64,000 bases of DNA, from contig MU004184.1 in assembly GCA_010093605.1 (NCBI GenBank), forward strand, positions 816,801 to 880,800. Direction: 5' to 3'. Made by a program: the position numbers and the translations under genes. The notes beneath the pieces are model-generated. The model was not told where the DNA came from, ran no database searches, and was given only the letters and a program-made list of their open reading frames with translations. Origin of the DNA: Lophium mytilinum. Lineage: Eukaryota. Position 1 is the stretch's first letter, and each line of letters starts with the position of its first letter. This document shows, in pieces, positions 1 through 13,001 of this stretch.

Positions 1-846
1 GGCCGAGGCAATGCGGTCGGTCGCGTCGTCGTGCGGCAGTTCCCTGACAGGCGTGCACGACGGCAGCATGATGATAGAATAGCCCGGCTCGAGGTCTGCT
101 GGCGCACACCGGATGGTTCGCGAGCCAACAGTGTCTGGGCATTCCTGTCTGCTGTATGTCCACGGGACAGGATACGTGTACAGGTTGACCTCCGGTGTCG
201 AGTCAGAGACTGCGATGGAGCTCATCTCGATGTGAGATGCGCCGGCCAGCAAACCTTGATCGTCATCCATCGGCGAGCCAACTTGATGCTCCGTCACATA
301 CACGCCGTTCTCTTTCTGCTTGCCCAACGCAACGGGCGAGGCGGAGGGCTCGTGGGAGGGCTCGTGGGCCTCTACCCGCAACACATTGTCGACTATCTCA
401 TCGCCATCCCGCGGCACCCAGTCGCTAGACCGCACAATCATGCACAGCGCACCCGCGCGCCGGGCTTTCCTCAGATCCTTCTCTTCCTCGGACGACTGGT
501 CTCCGAACTTCTTCTTGACGGTCTCATAGCCCACGAAGATGGCTCGCAGGCCGCGATATGCCCCAAAGGCGGGGAACAGCAGCGATGTGAGGGCATTGGT
601 CAAATGCGATCCGGGGCCCTCGCCCGGCAAGACGACGACGGTGAGCGCGTGCGTGACATAGTTGACCAGGAAGAAGACAAGAATGTCTTCCCACTGCGTA
701 GGCGTGCAGAGGATCTCGGTGTTGCTGTAGGTGGTCGAGCCCTCCGGGACGATAATGGTGATGTTCTGCACGACCTTCGAGTCTGGAGTGGGGGCCGCTG
801 ACACGCCTAGAACTAGCGCTGCCAGCAACGCAAGGGCGGCGATCAT
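1..846 (-). CDS. Uncharacterised fungal membrane protein with signal peptide (5' part; runs off the window start)
   Basis: ATG at 846 opens a stop-free frame to the window edge: MIAALALLAALVLGVSAAPTP...ILCTPTQWEDILVFFLVNYVTHALTVVVLPGE...LLFPAFGAYRGLRAIF...DLRKARRAGALCMIVRSSDWVP. Signal peptide plus hydrophobic segments. Absent from the ORF track because there is no stop in the window. Confidence 0.7.
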   Translation of the reverse strand, partial: MIAALALLAALVLGVSAAPTPDSKVVQNITIIVPEGSTTYSNTEILCTPTQWEDILVFFLVNYVTHALTVVVLPGEGPGSHLTNALTSLLFPAFGAYRGLRAIFVGYETVKKKFGDQSSEEEKDLRKARRAGALCMIVRSSDWVPRDGDEIVDNVLRVEAHEPSHEPSASPVALGKQKENGVYVTEHQVGSPMDDDQGLLAGASHIEMSSIAVSDSTPEVNLYTYPVPWTYSRQECPDTVGSRTIRCAPADLEPGYSIIMLPSCTPVRELPHDDATDRIASA

Positions 847-1845
847 GCTTCGAGATTTCTGCAACACTCAACTCGACATTGATGGCGCCCTGGCTTTATA
901 AGAACTGTGCCCCTCACTTGAGCCGCAGTACTCCAGCGAGACGCGCCCTCGCTCTCATTTGGACGCTGTGGCGCTTTTGAGGCGCGCCTCGGCCGCCTTG
1001 GCCGCAATAGCTGGGCCAGGGCGCCAATCGGCCACCAGCTGCACGTCGCAGAATCAGCTCAGGAGTCAATCAGGAACGAAGGCGTGCAGACGAATGTCGA
1101 GGGTGGTCTTAAGGCTACTGAGAGCTATGGCGGCGGAGGGGGCGAGTATTGCGGATGTAGTTGTGCCGACGGGTGGAAGAGATCCTGGGAGATTGGGGCT
1201 TCCGAATGAATGAGCTTCTAAAGAAAGTCTTGTCTTCGTCTTTGGACCTGTGAAGGGCGATTGCCTCGAAGTTGAGCGTCTCGATTTCTACTTTCATATG
1301 TCCGATTCTCATCTTGGATAGTGGATATCTTGCAAGGTCTATCTGCGGCCTTGCGATTCTTTTTCCTATACGAGACATGGGGACACTTAATGAGTATGAG
1401 AGATGGAGTTTTGAGTACATTGATCAACGAGTCCGTTAACGAGACGCACTTCTGGTCCTAGGGTACCCATATCACAGTTTATGAAACGAGACGTTTTAAA
1501 AATATTGTCTATTTTTTTGGGGGGTTTTCCTATCTGTTTGGTCTATCAATAATTTGAAACGCTACATCGTTCATACCTGACTGAGTTACAGTTGTCAACA
1601 GGAAGTCGAGACTAATCATGTCCATAACAGCTGTTGAAATAACGTCGGCGCTTGAACATAACGAGACATCGGGGCGTTACATGATGTGGTGAAGTATGAT
1701 TTTGCGAAAAGGAACCATTCCAGAAATCTGTGCTGGGATGCAAAGAAGACAATTGAGACACAAAGTATGCTTGAGGTTCAGAATGTGCGACGTCATGCCC
1801 TTTGCACACCCGGAATTTGGAATGGCAAGAGCTCGAGTGTCGATC

Positions 1846-3729
1846 TCAGAAAGCTGTTCCGTCACTAGCTTTGACGAAGGTGTCCATGTCCCATTCGATT
1901 TCATGCTCAGTAATGAGTGGCATAACGTCAAGTGGATTCTTGAGGTGCCCAACACCATGAGATGAATCTGTTGGAATGTTATTGTATGAAGAAGGGAAGA
2001 GCTTCTTAAAGTATTCCTCGTAAGCAATGATTTTGAAGAACTTGGTGATCTTTGACTGCCGCATTCGCCAGACAGCCGGCCGAGTGATCTCGCCGCGGTA
2101 GCGTCCCTTGGAAAGTTCCCAAGAATTATCCCCACACCAGACGCATCTCTTGGGCTTGATAGAGAGGTAGCCAAGCATATCAGTGATGCGATATTGTCTC
2201 TCACAGAGGACAGGTTCGCAATTGAAGCAATGTGGGTGCTCCACATTGTCCAGGGTAAAGGCGTTTGAGGACCACTTGACTTTCCCAAACTGTGGCACAT
2301 ATCCGTACAATACAGTTTCAAAACTGTCTCGTCGATCTTCAGGGTCGTAAGAGTCCTGTTCTAGACAGTTGCAGTTGAAGCAGTGATCGTTGTCTTCATA
2401 GTCGTCCTCATCGTCGTTGTGCCGGCATCGCTTCTCCTCGAGTTCATCTATCAGTTCCTCTAGTCGCTCTCTGTCAGGCTCACACCAGTCGCAGGAGAGG
2501 GCAATATCATCGATAGGCCAGTTCTCAATGTTGTCACTCGCACGTCGTTTACCGCAAACTTGGCAGCCTTCTTTAGCGTGGATTGGACAGTCATCTGGAG
2601 AGGAACAGGATCGCGAGAAGGTGAGTGTTGCACCTGGCTTGGGATTGTGATTCTCGAAAACGGATTTGATCCGGTTAGGAACATACGGAGCATAGGCTGC
2701 ATCATCATGCACGCGTAGCTTGATGTGCTGAACGTTCTTGCGAGCTATGATACTGAGAATCGCTGACACGACTGGATGTTGCGGGCCATAGAACATGATA
2801 TCCCTAGGACATACGGCTTCGTAGTATCGGTCTGAGGCTGCACAGACGAGGAGATGACGGAGGTTTGGCGCTCGTCGTCCCAAAGCTTTGAGAAAGTGGC
2901 CGACTCGAGAAGATGCTGTGGCGTCTGCATCGGTGACTCGAAAGTAGACACCGATATCCATGAGAAAAGGCATGTATTGGCGGCTGATCGGGAATCGCGC
3001 GAACCATCCGGATGAGCCATCATATCCGGTGCAAAACATCATTCGGTTCCGAGTATACAATATGCTTACGGCTTCGTAGTAGTACCGGCGACAAGTCGAC
3101 AAGATTCCGGTAGACAAGACTACCCTCATTTCTGGGTTGTATTCTGCCTTTCGCAGTTTGCCAAATTGTTCGGCGCCCCTAAATATCGGCAAAGGGGCAA
3201 TGAGAAGCTCTTTGTAGATCATTAGTCGTATCTCCACTGGCAATCTCCCAAAGTGGTCTTCACCCCTCGCAGCGCAAAGCCTCCTCATTCCGGCGTCTGA
3301 CATGGGAGTTCGAGGATCTAGAGACCCGAGCTGAGACTCCATGGCTGAAATCCCTGCATCGTTGTATGCCACGTGAGATTGAAGGGCCGAGATTCTGGAA
3401 GCAAAGAACGATATTTGAGAATCCTGGGAGGCCATTTGAGCTTCGCAAGACGCAACGAGGGGATTGAGGGACGAGAGTCGAGCATCACGCAATGCAATCT
3501 CAGAAGTGAGGGAAGAAGAAGAGGTCCGAGCGCCATCCACTGCCATAGTCGAACTGTTGAAACCCAAGACCGAGGAGTGAGTTCTGGCGCGACGTCGTGA
3601 AGATGTCGCCCTGGGGCTGCGAGCTGGCGAAGCCATCGCTGCGGAAGAGGTGACGCACAGCTTTGCCCAGGTTAGCGAGTGTTGTCCAAGAGCAAATGGG
3701 GATGAAATGAGTGTGGGATAATGGCCCAT
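1846..3729 (-). CDS. Hypothetical protein with F-box-like motif and Cys-rich C-terminus (alternative start 3636)
   Basis: 627-aa ORF. HFGRLPVEIRLMIYKELL followed by ILSTCRRYYYEAVSILYTRNRMMF is the typical fungal F-box-like 'LP.EIR..IY...L...L.TCR..Y.EA..ILY..N.F' signature. Coiled-coil-like N-terminus. Confidence 0.65.
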   Translation of the reverse strand: MGHYPTLISSPFALGQHSLTWAKLCVTSSAAMASPARSPRATSSRRRARTHSSVLGFNSSTMAVDGARTSSSSLTSEIALRDARLSSLNPLVASCEAQMASQDSQISFFASRISALQSHVAYNDAGISAMESQLGSLDPRTPMSDAGMRRLCAARGEDHFGRLPVEIRLMIYKELLIAPLPIFRGAEQFGKLRKAEYNPEMRVVLSTGILSTCRRYYYEAVSILYTRNRMMFCTGYDGSSGWFARFPISRQYMPFLMDIGVYFRVTDADATASSRVGHFLKALGRRAPNLRHLLVCAASDRYYEAVCPRDIMFYGPQHPVVSAILSIIARKNVQHIKLRVHDDAAYAPYVPNRIKSVFENHNPKPGATLTFSRSCSSPDDCPIHAKEGCQVCGKRRASDNIENWPIDDIALSCDWCEPDRERLEELIDELEEKRCRHNDDEDDYEDNDHCFNCNCLEQDSYDPEDRRDSFETVLYGYVPQFGKVKWSSNAFTLDNVEHPHCFNCEPVLCERQYRITDMLGYLSIKPKRCVWCGDNSWELSKGRYRGEITRPAVWRMRQSKITKFFKIIAYEEYFKKLFPSSYNNIPTDSSHGVGHLKNPLDVMPLITEHEIEWDMDTFVKASDGTAF

Positions 3730-5426
3730 TGACGTAATTGTATGTCATAGGCTGGAACCATAGTACAAGGTCCACGCATAGAGCAATCATCGCCGGTCGG
3801 ACATGGATCGTGTGAGAGGTGCACTGGGAGCTGGACTCACCTTGGGCTTGATCAAGGAAGCCGAGTACGTCCTCACTCCTTGAGGCGGGAGAGAAAATGA
3901 CCGAACAGCGATGAAGGGAATTGAGGGAGAAGAAAAGACGGGATGGATGCAGGAGTGTTGAGACGGAAGCCTAGGTGAAAAGTGCAGGAACGACGGAACA
4001 GGAAACAGCAACTCTACCGTGGCCGTTACACCTTCCGATTGCCCACGCAGCACCTTATGTCTACAGAAGAAGATAGATGAGGTCTTGATGCAATACTGTG
4101 TTACTCTCAGGCGAGCAATTTATGTTGCTTGCGCCCGAAGCCTGACGCCAATCCTGTGAACACACCCGAGCACGCTCTATATCACCTGAGGGTACTCCAT
4201 TGCGCAGGTAGAATCTCTGATTACAAGTGCCCTTCATCCTCTTAGAAATGTATACGCGTGAACATCATCCTTGCCATGTATGTTCAAGTCTGAAGTCGGG
4301 CAGGGCTCCCTTAGCTAAGAGTCTGAGTTTCATCCATGGGCTAGAAATACGGTTTTAATCCCAACAATGAAGCTACTGGTCAATACGGTTGGAATTAGCT
4401 GGACAGCCCTCTTTCTATTCTAAAAACTTGCTAGAAGTCAGACTAGATGATAGTAAGAAGGTTCTGCGCTATGACTACGAAGCCACTTCGCCTCTGAGAT
4501 CCTGTCGCACATGGCACAGTGCAGCGTAGTACCTTTTGTGACGTAGTTAAGGATCGACACCTGAACTCGAGAGTAAACGTGATAGAGAGAGGGTGATATG
4601 AGTTTAGAGGTCAATGACTAAAGAGCAGTAGTAATGGTTCATCGAAGCATGCCCGTGGTCACTGGAGAGCAACCATGATACAAGCCGAAGAGAAGAAGGT
4701 ATTGTTGTGGCAAAGGAAAGTAATCGAGTTTTCTTCAGCTCCAACATGGAAGACCAACGACACAACTAGAATTTGAGACCTGAGTTCTGGGTCAGAAAAC
4801 TGATGAGTTCGACGAAGGTCCTTCATACGTTTGTGAATGGAGAGAGACGGAAAGGAGTCGCGAAAGACCGAGCAGCTAAATCGATCTCTGAGCACGTGAG
4901 CAGATGTGTCTTGGCATGTGCTACTTGACTGAAGGTAAGAACGAACTTCTAAACTTATTTCTTGGGATCTTGAATTCTGAATCTAATTGAAGAGCTTCTT
5001 TCATGAGTTATATGTTATCAACACAAACTTCGAGATGTGGCTGCTAAAACTCCTTATCGCGCCTTTCAGTGTGCCCGCATCTTCAACCGCCACTTAAGCC
5101 GCAACCACCACTCAAGTCCACGCCCACCACTCCCCCACTTTCGCAAAGCAAACCTACTCGGAATCGCTGTTCCCTGTAGACTCACGCCTATTGGAACAGA
5201 TCTGACAGGCTTCTGGACCTCCCGTGCGATCCGGAGCACCAACGTTGCGGCTCGCGGAGCTCCCCGGTCACCGCCACCTACCACTTCTCCACGCTGGCAA
5301 ACAAACACATCGTCTTCAGATGGGACTGCCGAGAATACGTCGCCATACGCTGCGGGACTGTGGATAGAGGGAGCACATATGAGAGGCATACTCTGACGGA
5401 CTGGAGCATCGCCATTGGAAACAAAC

Positions 5427-7994
5427 ATGGAGGAACACGCTGACGGCACATACAATGCGGTTATTGAGGATATGCGACAGCGGGAATATCCCATGCTCAA
5501 AGGTCAGCAATCACTACTTGGATAGCTCCCCTAGGCTTTGAGTAACACGCCAACAGATACCACATATCTCGATCATGCCGGAACTACACTATACGCAAAG
5601 TCCTTAATCGAGCGGTTTTCGGCGGACATGATCTCGAACCTATACGGCAACCCACACTCCGGCTCCGCTTCCTCCCAACTATCCACTCGGCGAATCGAAG
5701 ATATAAGATTACGGCTCCTCGGATTCTTTAAAGCGGATCCAGCTGAATTTGACGTTGTATTTGTTGCCAATGCAACTGCTGGTATCAAGCTCGTTCTGGA
5801 GGCTTTCAGAGACCAGGAGCATGGCTTTTGGTACGGATACCACAGGGACTCTCACACGAGTCTAGTTGGCTTGCGGGAAGCTGCGAACCAGCACAGATGC
5901 TTTACCTCAGACACCGAAGTGGAGCAGTGGTTGTCGAACGGAACAATAAGCTCGCAAGATGTTGGATTGTTTGCGTACCCAGCTCAGTCTAATATGAACG
6001 GCCGTCGCCTTCCATTGACCTGGTCTCACCGCGTTCGGACAAACATGAACGAGACCAACCAGCAGCTGTACACTCTGCTGGATGCCGCTGCTCTTGTATC
6101 AACGTCGCCCCTGGATCTGAGTGACAGCAATGCCGCCCCCGATTTCACCGTTCTGAGCTTGTACAAGATATTTGGTTTCCCTGATCTCGGAGCTTTAATT
6201 GTTCGAAAAGCGTCCGAACACGTTTTCGACAAACGACGCTACTTTGGCGGTGGAACTGTGGATATGGTAGTGTGTATGAAGGAACAATGGCATGCGAAGA
6301 AATCCGAAACATTACATGACCGTCTCGAGGATGGAACTCTACCAATCCACAGCATCATGGCGCTTGACTCTGCGATGAGCGTCCATCATGAACTCTTTGG
6401 AAGCCTAGAGCAAATTTCAAGGCACACGGCTTCCCTCGCCAAGGAATTGTATGGCGGGCTGGCTAAGCTGAGGCATGGGAATGGCCTGTCAGTGTGTGAG
6501 GTTTACAAAGATCCATCGGCAACCTATGGCGATGCGAAGACACAAGGGCCAACCGTGGCTTTCAATATACGTAACAGCTCTAGCGGCTGGGTGAGCAACG
6601 CCGAGGTCGAAAAGCTCTCGGCGGTTAAGAATTTTCAGATAAGGACAGGCGGGCTCTGCAACCCAGGAGGCATTGCGTCGTCCCTTGAACTAGCCCCTTG
6701 GGAGATGAAGGAGAACTTCTCAGCTGGCCAACGGTGTGGAAATGAAAACGACATCATGCGATCTAAACCTACAGGCATGATTCGTGTCAGCCTCGGGGCT
6801 ATGAGCACAACCGGCGATGTGAATGCCTTTGTCGACTTTGTCCGCGAGTTTTTTGTGCAGCCGGAGTTACAATTGCCTTCATACTCGCCAGTGGTGTCTT
6901 TGGACGGGAAGCCACCAACATCGAGCCCATTTCACGTGGAGAGCTTAACTATCTACCCAGTCAAGAGCTGCGCGGGATGGAGAGTACCAGCCGGAAAAGC
7001 CTGGGAGGTGCGCCGAGAGGGCCTTGCCTGGGATCGTGAGTGGTGCTTGGTACACCAAGGCACAGGCGTTGCACTGAGCCAGAAGCGCTACCCCAAGATG
7101 GCGCTGATTCGACCAAGCATCGATCTGGACGAGGGCCTGCTTCGTATACGATTCGCCGGCGCCTCTCAATCACCAACATCGCCATCAGAAGTCACCGTGC
7201 CGCTCTCAGGTAACCCTACCTTGTTCTCCAACGGGTCGCTATTCGAACAGAAGTCAACTAGAGTCTGTGGAGACTCTATCTCTGCAAAGACATACAAGTC
7301 AAAGGAACTATCGAGCTTCTTTAGCCAGGGCCTAGGGGTGGCTTGTCATCTTGCCCGTTTCCCGGCTGGCGGGAGCGGGATGGACTCGACATCGTCATCG
7401 AGGCACGCCAAAGCCCACCTCCAGCAACATCAGGTACCCGCCATGCTGCAAGTTCCCGGCGCCTTTCCAGATGTAGTGGCTGCCCCAGTTGCAGTGGGCG
7501 CCAGGAGACCGATACTGCTGTCGAATGAGAGCCCGATCTTGACCATCTCCAGGTCCAGCCTCAATCGGCTCAACGAACTAATCAAAGCAGAGGGCGGCAA
7601 GGCAGCGCAAGCAGAGGTGTTTCGTGCTAACATCATCGTGGCCGAGGACCTGGCATCCGCTCCCGGATCGGAGCAGCCCTATGCAGAAGATCATTGGCGA
7701 TGCATGCAGATTGGCAGGCAATACTTCCAGATGCTGGGGTCGTGCCGCAGGTGTCAAATGGTGTGCGTGGACCAGCACACGGCAGAAAAGAATGAAGAGC
7801 CATTCGTGACGCTGTCCAAGACGCGTCGGTTCGACGGCAAGGTGTTCTTCGGACAGCACACCTGCCACCTGGCGCTCGGGGATGCTTCTTCCCCAGTGGT
7901 CCAGAATCCCACGATATCAGTGGGGGACGCTGTCTGTCCGTATGGGGACGCAGACATCAGCGAGGACGAGGTTCTTCGCGCAGTCAATTTCTGA
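5427..7994 (+). CDS. hxB: Molybdenum cofactor sulfurase (aminotransferase class V + MOSC domains)
   Basis: Exon 1 5427-5502 (MEEHADG...REYPMLK), intron 5503-5556 (GT..AG), exon 2 5557-7994. Motifs YLDHAGTT, YGNPHS, SLYKIFGFPDLGAL (PLP lysine), RTGGLCNPG, IYPVKSC, WDREWCLV, FRANI, CRRCQMVCVDQ. Confidence 0.95.
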
Positions 7995-9443
7995 CGGCGT
8001 CTATGCATTTCAGTTTCATGGCTTGGTGCGGTTTAGGTAGCGACGGCTATATTTGGCGTCTTCTATTCAGCGTTCTGGTGGTCGACGCTACTCCAAAAGT
8101 CTCCGGGTGGCTTCGATGACGGGCAGTGAGTGGTTGGTTTCAGAAGGTCTCTGAAGCGGCTGTGGGGGTATTTTGGGTTGAGGGCATCAAGCCAGTGAGC
8201 ATGCTGGGTGGTTAAGGCACTGAGACGCCTTGTCCGGATGCGGCGTCACGGGCACAGAGTGGAGGGGAGGTGGTGGTGGTAAGCGCTGGTATTTCGGGTA
8301 TGGCGAAGCATTCTGGCACTCCGTTTTGGGCCACTGGAGGGCTGTTTCTTGCTCGTCCTGCCACAGCAGCGCTGGCATGGCCAAGCGCTGGTCTGGTGAG
8401 GCGCGCGCGCTCGTCGACGAACCACAGAATGCAGTCTGCGGCGTCCAACAGGAGCGGGTTTGGGGGAATGGCTACCTCAGGACTGTCTTGAGGAGGACGC
8501 GCGCGCTGGACATGCTGGCGATACTGGCCATGCTGGACGTACTGGAGCGGCTGCGTAGGCCTCTGTCGACATAAAGAGTCGGCGTGCCGATGCAGAGGGG
8601 TTCACGAGATATCTGCTATCAATCAATCAAGCCTCATCCAGCTCGCGCTCTCTGGCAGAGCCACCACTACCATCGCACCGCGTCTCCCGTCTCACGCAAA
8701 CCTTAGGCGCCTTTGTCTCAAGTCGGTCAGCTCTCGGCATCCCCGTCGCAGCGCTCCATCGCCTCTAGCGGCCACGTTCCCAGGCCGCTCTCCGCAGTTT
8801 GATCTCCCAGCCGCCTCTTGGCCGTCGCCGTGGTCGTGTTTCCGTCGCCGCCTCCCGCTCTCAGACCGCTACTACCAGGCCTCGCTGGCCTATCAGCCGG
8901 CCGTTTCGAAGGGTTCGAAGCAGCGTGCTCAGCAAGTCGCGGGCAGCTGCAAGGGCTTGAGCCGAATCACACGGCCGTTTCAATCGCCTGCCTCATCTCA
9001 GAAGCAGGCCCGGCGTGACTTGGCTCGCAGCCAACCAGGCGCCCAGCCAGTGCACAGTTGAAGCGCTGCAGGGAGTGCACTGTCGTCCGGCGCTGCTACT
9101 GGCCGGCGAGCGAGACAGGTCGGCGGCTGTTTGGAAGGCGTGCACGGGGCAGTCTTTGACGCCCTGCTGGCGTGGTGTTGCACCTGCAGCAGCCTCTCTC
9201 GAAGCGCCCGCATCCAAAATAGACTCCTCCTCCCAAACCGCAGCCTGCCACGCACTGCGCGTGCTAGGCCCGCCCTCGACGCCAAATAACAACACGCCGC
9301 CGCCCATCTCTCCCAGGTACCGCCGCCGTCCTCCAACCCTCCACCGCGGTGCAAAAGGCTCGTACCCAGAGACCCCAGAGACTCCAGAGACCTCACCTTC
9401 GTTGCCCACTATCCACCAAGAGTCATTCGTTTGAACTCCCGCC

Positions 9444-10248
9444 ATGGCCACCACTACCTCTGCGAAGCCCGCGCTCTCTGCTCTCAAGACAGACGCCTCT
9501 CTCTGCCACCTATCCGTCCGAAGTGCGAAGCCCCATGGTCGCAGCGACCCCCACCATCATCAAGCGCGAGGATGGCCAGCAGACTCCCATCACGCCCCCG
9601 GCTGCCTATCTCGACTTCCTCAAGACGCTGTCGCCCGTCCTCATGAGCCCGCTGCCCACCGGCTCCAGCTCCAAGTTCACTTTTGGGGACCGCCCGAGCC
9701 TGCCCGAGACACGTCCCAGGTCAACGTCTTCAATCACTTCACTGGCTTCTACTGCATCTATCACTTCAGCTTTGACATCTACCTCTGGATCCTTTCCTGC
9801 AGACCGCCCCTCGCCAACCTCATCAGTCTCATCAAGGTCCAGCAGCTGCTCCAACTGTGGCCCCGCGTCACCTCCAGCTTCAAGGTCCCCCGCACCGGTC
9901 AAGACGGAGAAGGCCGACATGAACATTGTCATACCCCCACCATCACCCTTCATGCGACCTATGTCTGCCCGCACCCCGCGCCTCTTCATTCCGCCATCGC
10001 CCTACTCGGCAGGAATTGTCGCACAATCGCCAATGAGCGCCCACTCGGTGCGCTCGCCCTACTCGGCCACCATGTCACCCCGGACATGGGACCTCGAAAA
10101 GAAGGGCAACACGACCTCACGCAGAGTCAGCGTGCGAGAGGTAGTCACAAGAACTGTCACTTACAGCCGTACGCCAGTCGAAACGACTGCGCCTGCGTTT
10201 CCACCCCTGGATCCAGCGCCCAAGGGAAAGAGGAGGAGGATCGAATAG
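9444..10248 (+). CDS. Ser/Pro-rich fungal hypothetical protein, apparently frameshifted near the N-terminus (downstream in-frame ATG at 9535)
   Basis: Main frame encodes TPITPPAAYLDFLK...VREVVTRTVTY...PLDPAPKGKRRRIE (basic NLS-like end). The ATG 9444 frame (MATTTSAKPALSALK) joins it if one copy of the AGAC duplication at 9487-9494 is removed. Confidence 0.7.
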
Positions 10249-11895
10249 TTGGTGGCGGTCAGCGGGGATGTGAAGCATTGCATTAGCCGCCGTTAATTAC
10301 GGCGTGTAAATGTGATGTTGTGATGCTGTGCCGCTGGCTTGCATGTTATCAGCGCGGATGCGTTGTTGTCTACGCCGCACTCGCCGCTTCGGAGTTCATT
10401 CTCCATTCGACCTACCTACCTACCTCAACCTAGCCTTTTGATGCTCACGAACATCAACCTATCTTTCATCTACACGACCTAACAAACCACATTAAAAGAA
10501 TCTACGACTTGCGTAATTACAAGACACGAGGAACCAAAGCGCTCCAGTCCTGGCGACTGAGCACCCTTCGCTGTCACCAAAGCCGATCAACGAACATCTG
10601 GCTCCTCTCTCAACCATCTCATCCCACACCCGTGTTTCCAATTTCCTTCAAATCTACATACCCATCTCGCCGCATCGTTAATCCACGAAAGCGTTAGACA
10701 GGGCGGCCCTGTCCTCGAATCATCCTCAATTTTCATTTGTTCATCTGGTTAGTAGTAGAAAGAGGGACGGGCTACGCTACGATGGGATCACGTATGCTTG
10801 CTTTAGCTATTGTTATCAAAGCTCCTCTTGACGAATTGGCTCTTTTGCTTCCATGGGAGGAAAATCTTGCTGTCTTCGGAATCTACTTCATGTCTTGCGA
10901 AACCCGCGAAGGAGTTGACGGCGTGAGCCAGCGTTGTGGGGGGGACGCTTGAACTTGCGGGCGCTGAGTGCGTTTCTGGCGCTTTCATGGGTCATTGGTA
11001 TATACCTACATTTTTTGATCATCTTGTCTTCTGCTCGCTTCATGAAGGTGGCTTTGTCGCATTTCTATGATTGTTGTTTCGCTAGGGGAGTGGCGAGCGT
11101 GGGTGGATTAGGATATCTTGTCAATAGGGCTCGTATCCGGTTCAATCAATCATCAGTTAATCAATCAACCCTAACCTCACCAATACTGAACCAAACCCAT
11201 CCCCCGAACCCCAAAATCCCTTTCCCCCAAACACCCGTTCCCCCAATCCTAGCTTCATCACACACACACTCACACACACGCTATGACGCTCTCCTCCCGC
11301 AGCCCATCATCACACCGATCGCCCGCGCACCCAATCACGCGCGCCATCGCAGCACCGGTGCGCCGTAACCTGTCCCCCCTGCTCTGCGACAAACCCTCAG
11401 ACCCTCGCGTTTCATTGGACAAAAGCAAGAAGAGCTAATAGAGCTAGCGTGCCAGGGGTGTGGGTTTCCGCAGAGCCCGAGCGGCTGGGTGGCGCTACTA
11501 AGCGCCCGCTATGCTGATTGGAGAGGTGAGGGCACGTTGGTGGCGGGGGTTATTTTGGGAGGGATGGAGGTGGTCGAGAGGGAGGCGAAAGACTGTAGTG
11601 AGGGTTTGCGGGTTGTGAACAACTTTTTGGTGAAGTGGAGTTACTTGAAGGAGGTCGAAGAGGTGGTGGGACTTTGGAAGCTTTGTTGAAGTTCGCTGGT
11701 TCTATTCTTCTCGATAGACTGCGAGGGTTTTCGAGACATGCTTGGTTCTGTAGGTCCGACTCGCGACTGTTGGTGGCTGCCAACGACCTCGAAGCTGCAC
11801 GTTCCTCGGGCAATAAGCTTCCCCGCCGTCTCTCCTCTCCTATGGCCCGCGTGATGAGGCTCGAGAAATTAAACCTCACTACCTTACCCAGCCTG

Positions 11896-11918
11896 TCTCT
11901 CTCTCCCTCTCTCTCTCT
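11896..11918 (+). repeat. Imperfect (CT)n microsatellite
   Basis: tctctctctccctctctctctct. Confidence 0.8.
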
Positions 11919-13001
11919 GTGTGCGTTGACCCCATGTAGCGAAGTGGGTCCGCAGCTGCACACTAGGATATTTCCGCTCGTGTGCTGCATGAGGGCGTCT
12001 TGTTTCATCACACTGGACCTGGCAGGGGTGGAAACGTGAAACTTGAGAGCAGGAACGCGTGCGCACGGTGCGTGATGTGTTTACGGGGAGGCAGTGCGGT
12101 GGGGAGTGAACGTGAGTATCGTTAGAAGTGTGACTGTGTGCGTGTGTTGGTGGTGGTGAGTGAGTCGTGGGAGAAGCGAAGGTTTCATGGTGCTGCATGC
12201 GCGTTGGCTAGGGCACACCGCTTGGAGGAATGTGGGTTTTGGAGGATGGAGTGGATGGAGTGGACTGAGGAGACCAGGCTGTTAAGGGTTAATATAGATG
12301 AGCTGCCACACACACATGCGAATATACATACTTTCCTGATTAGGCAAGTCGTGGCAGTCAAGAAGATTGTTTGAAGTAAGATATGTTAGATGGGTTGTGT
12401 CTGAATTGGATTTAATTGCTTCTCCATAGACCAAGAGCTGCGGATTAGATGCCTAACTATTTTGATTCAAAAACGTTGTGCAATGAGATTCGATTTAGCG
12501 TATGTTACCCGTCGTCTGTAGTTAAACCTGTGTCTATCTGTGGTTGGAGAAGCTCGTGACGAAGCCAAAGGTGCTTCGGTCTCACAGCTTCTTACCTTCC
12601 AGAGAGCTAATAAGTGCCGCCAATCTCGGACCTCAGAATCCCAAGATTGAATGATACGATTCAAAGCTGGCCCGGCAGTTGACGCGAGAGTGGTGTCGGT
12701 TCAAACCACGGTCGAAAGGCTTCTGGTGGTCGTGTGGAGTAGCGCAGACGGTCCTCGCCCTTGGGAAGCCAGCATCATCCACGTCATCGGGCATGGCTGG
12801 TTGGTAAATCCAATCCATCTCGTGGATTTTATCTCAACGGTTTGGGCATTCCGTCGAGCTTCTTTTATGATCATATGTAAATCATATCCAGTCCCAAGGG
12901 CCCTAGCCTGGTGACCAAACACCTAATATGGACCATCCCTCGAGCTCCTTTCGACATATCGGACAGTGTGAATTTCTCACCATGAAGCATTTTCAAGGCG
13001 C

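Noticed and set aside
31..801. 256-aa plus-strand ORF
   Set aside because: Antisense to the minus-strand membrane protein gene starting at 846.
11283..11689. Possible small two-exon gene ending ...VVGLWKLC
   Set aside because: Needs a weak donor site and has no recognisable motif; cannot be supported without RNA or homology.
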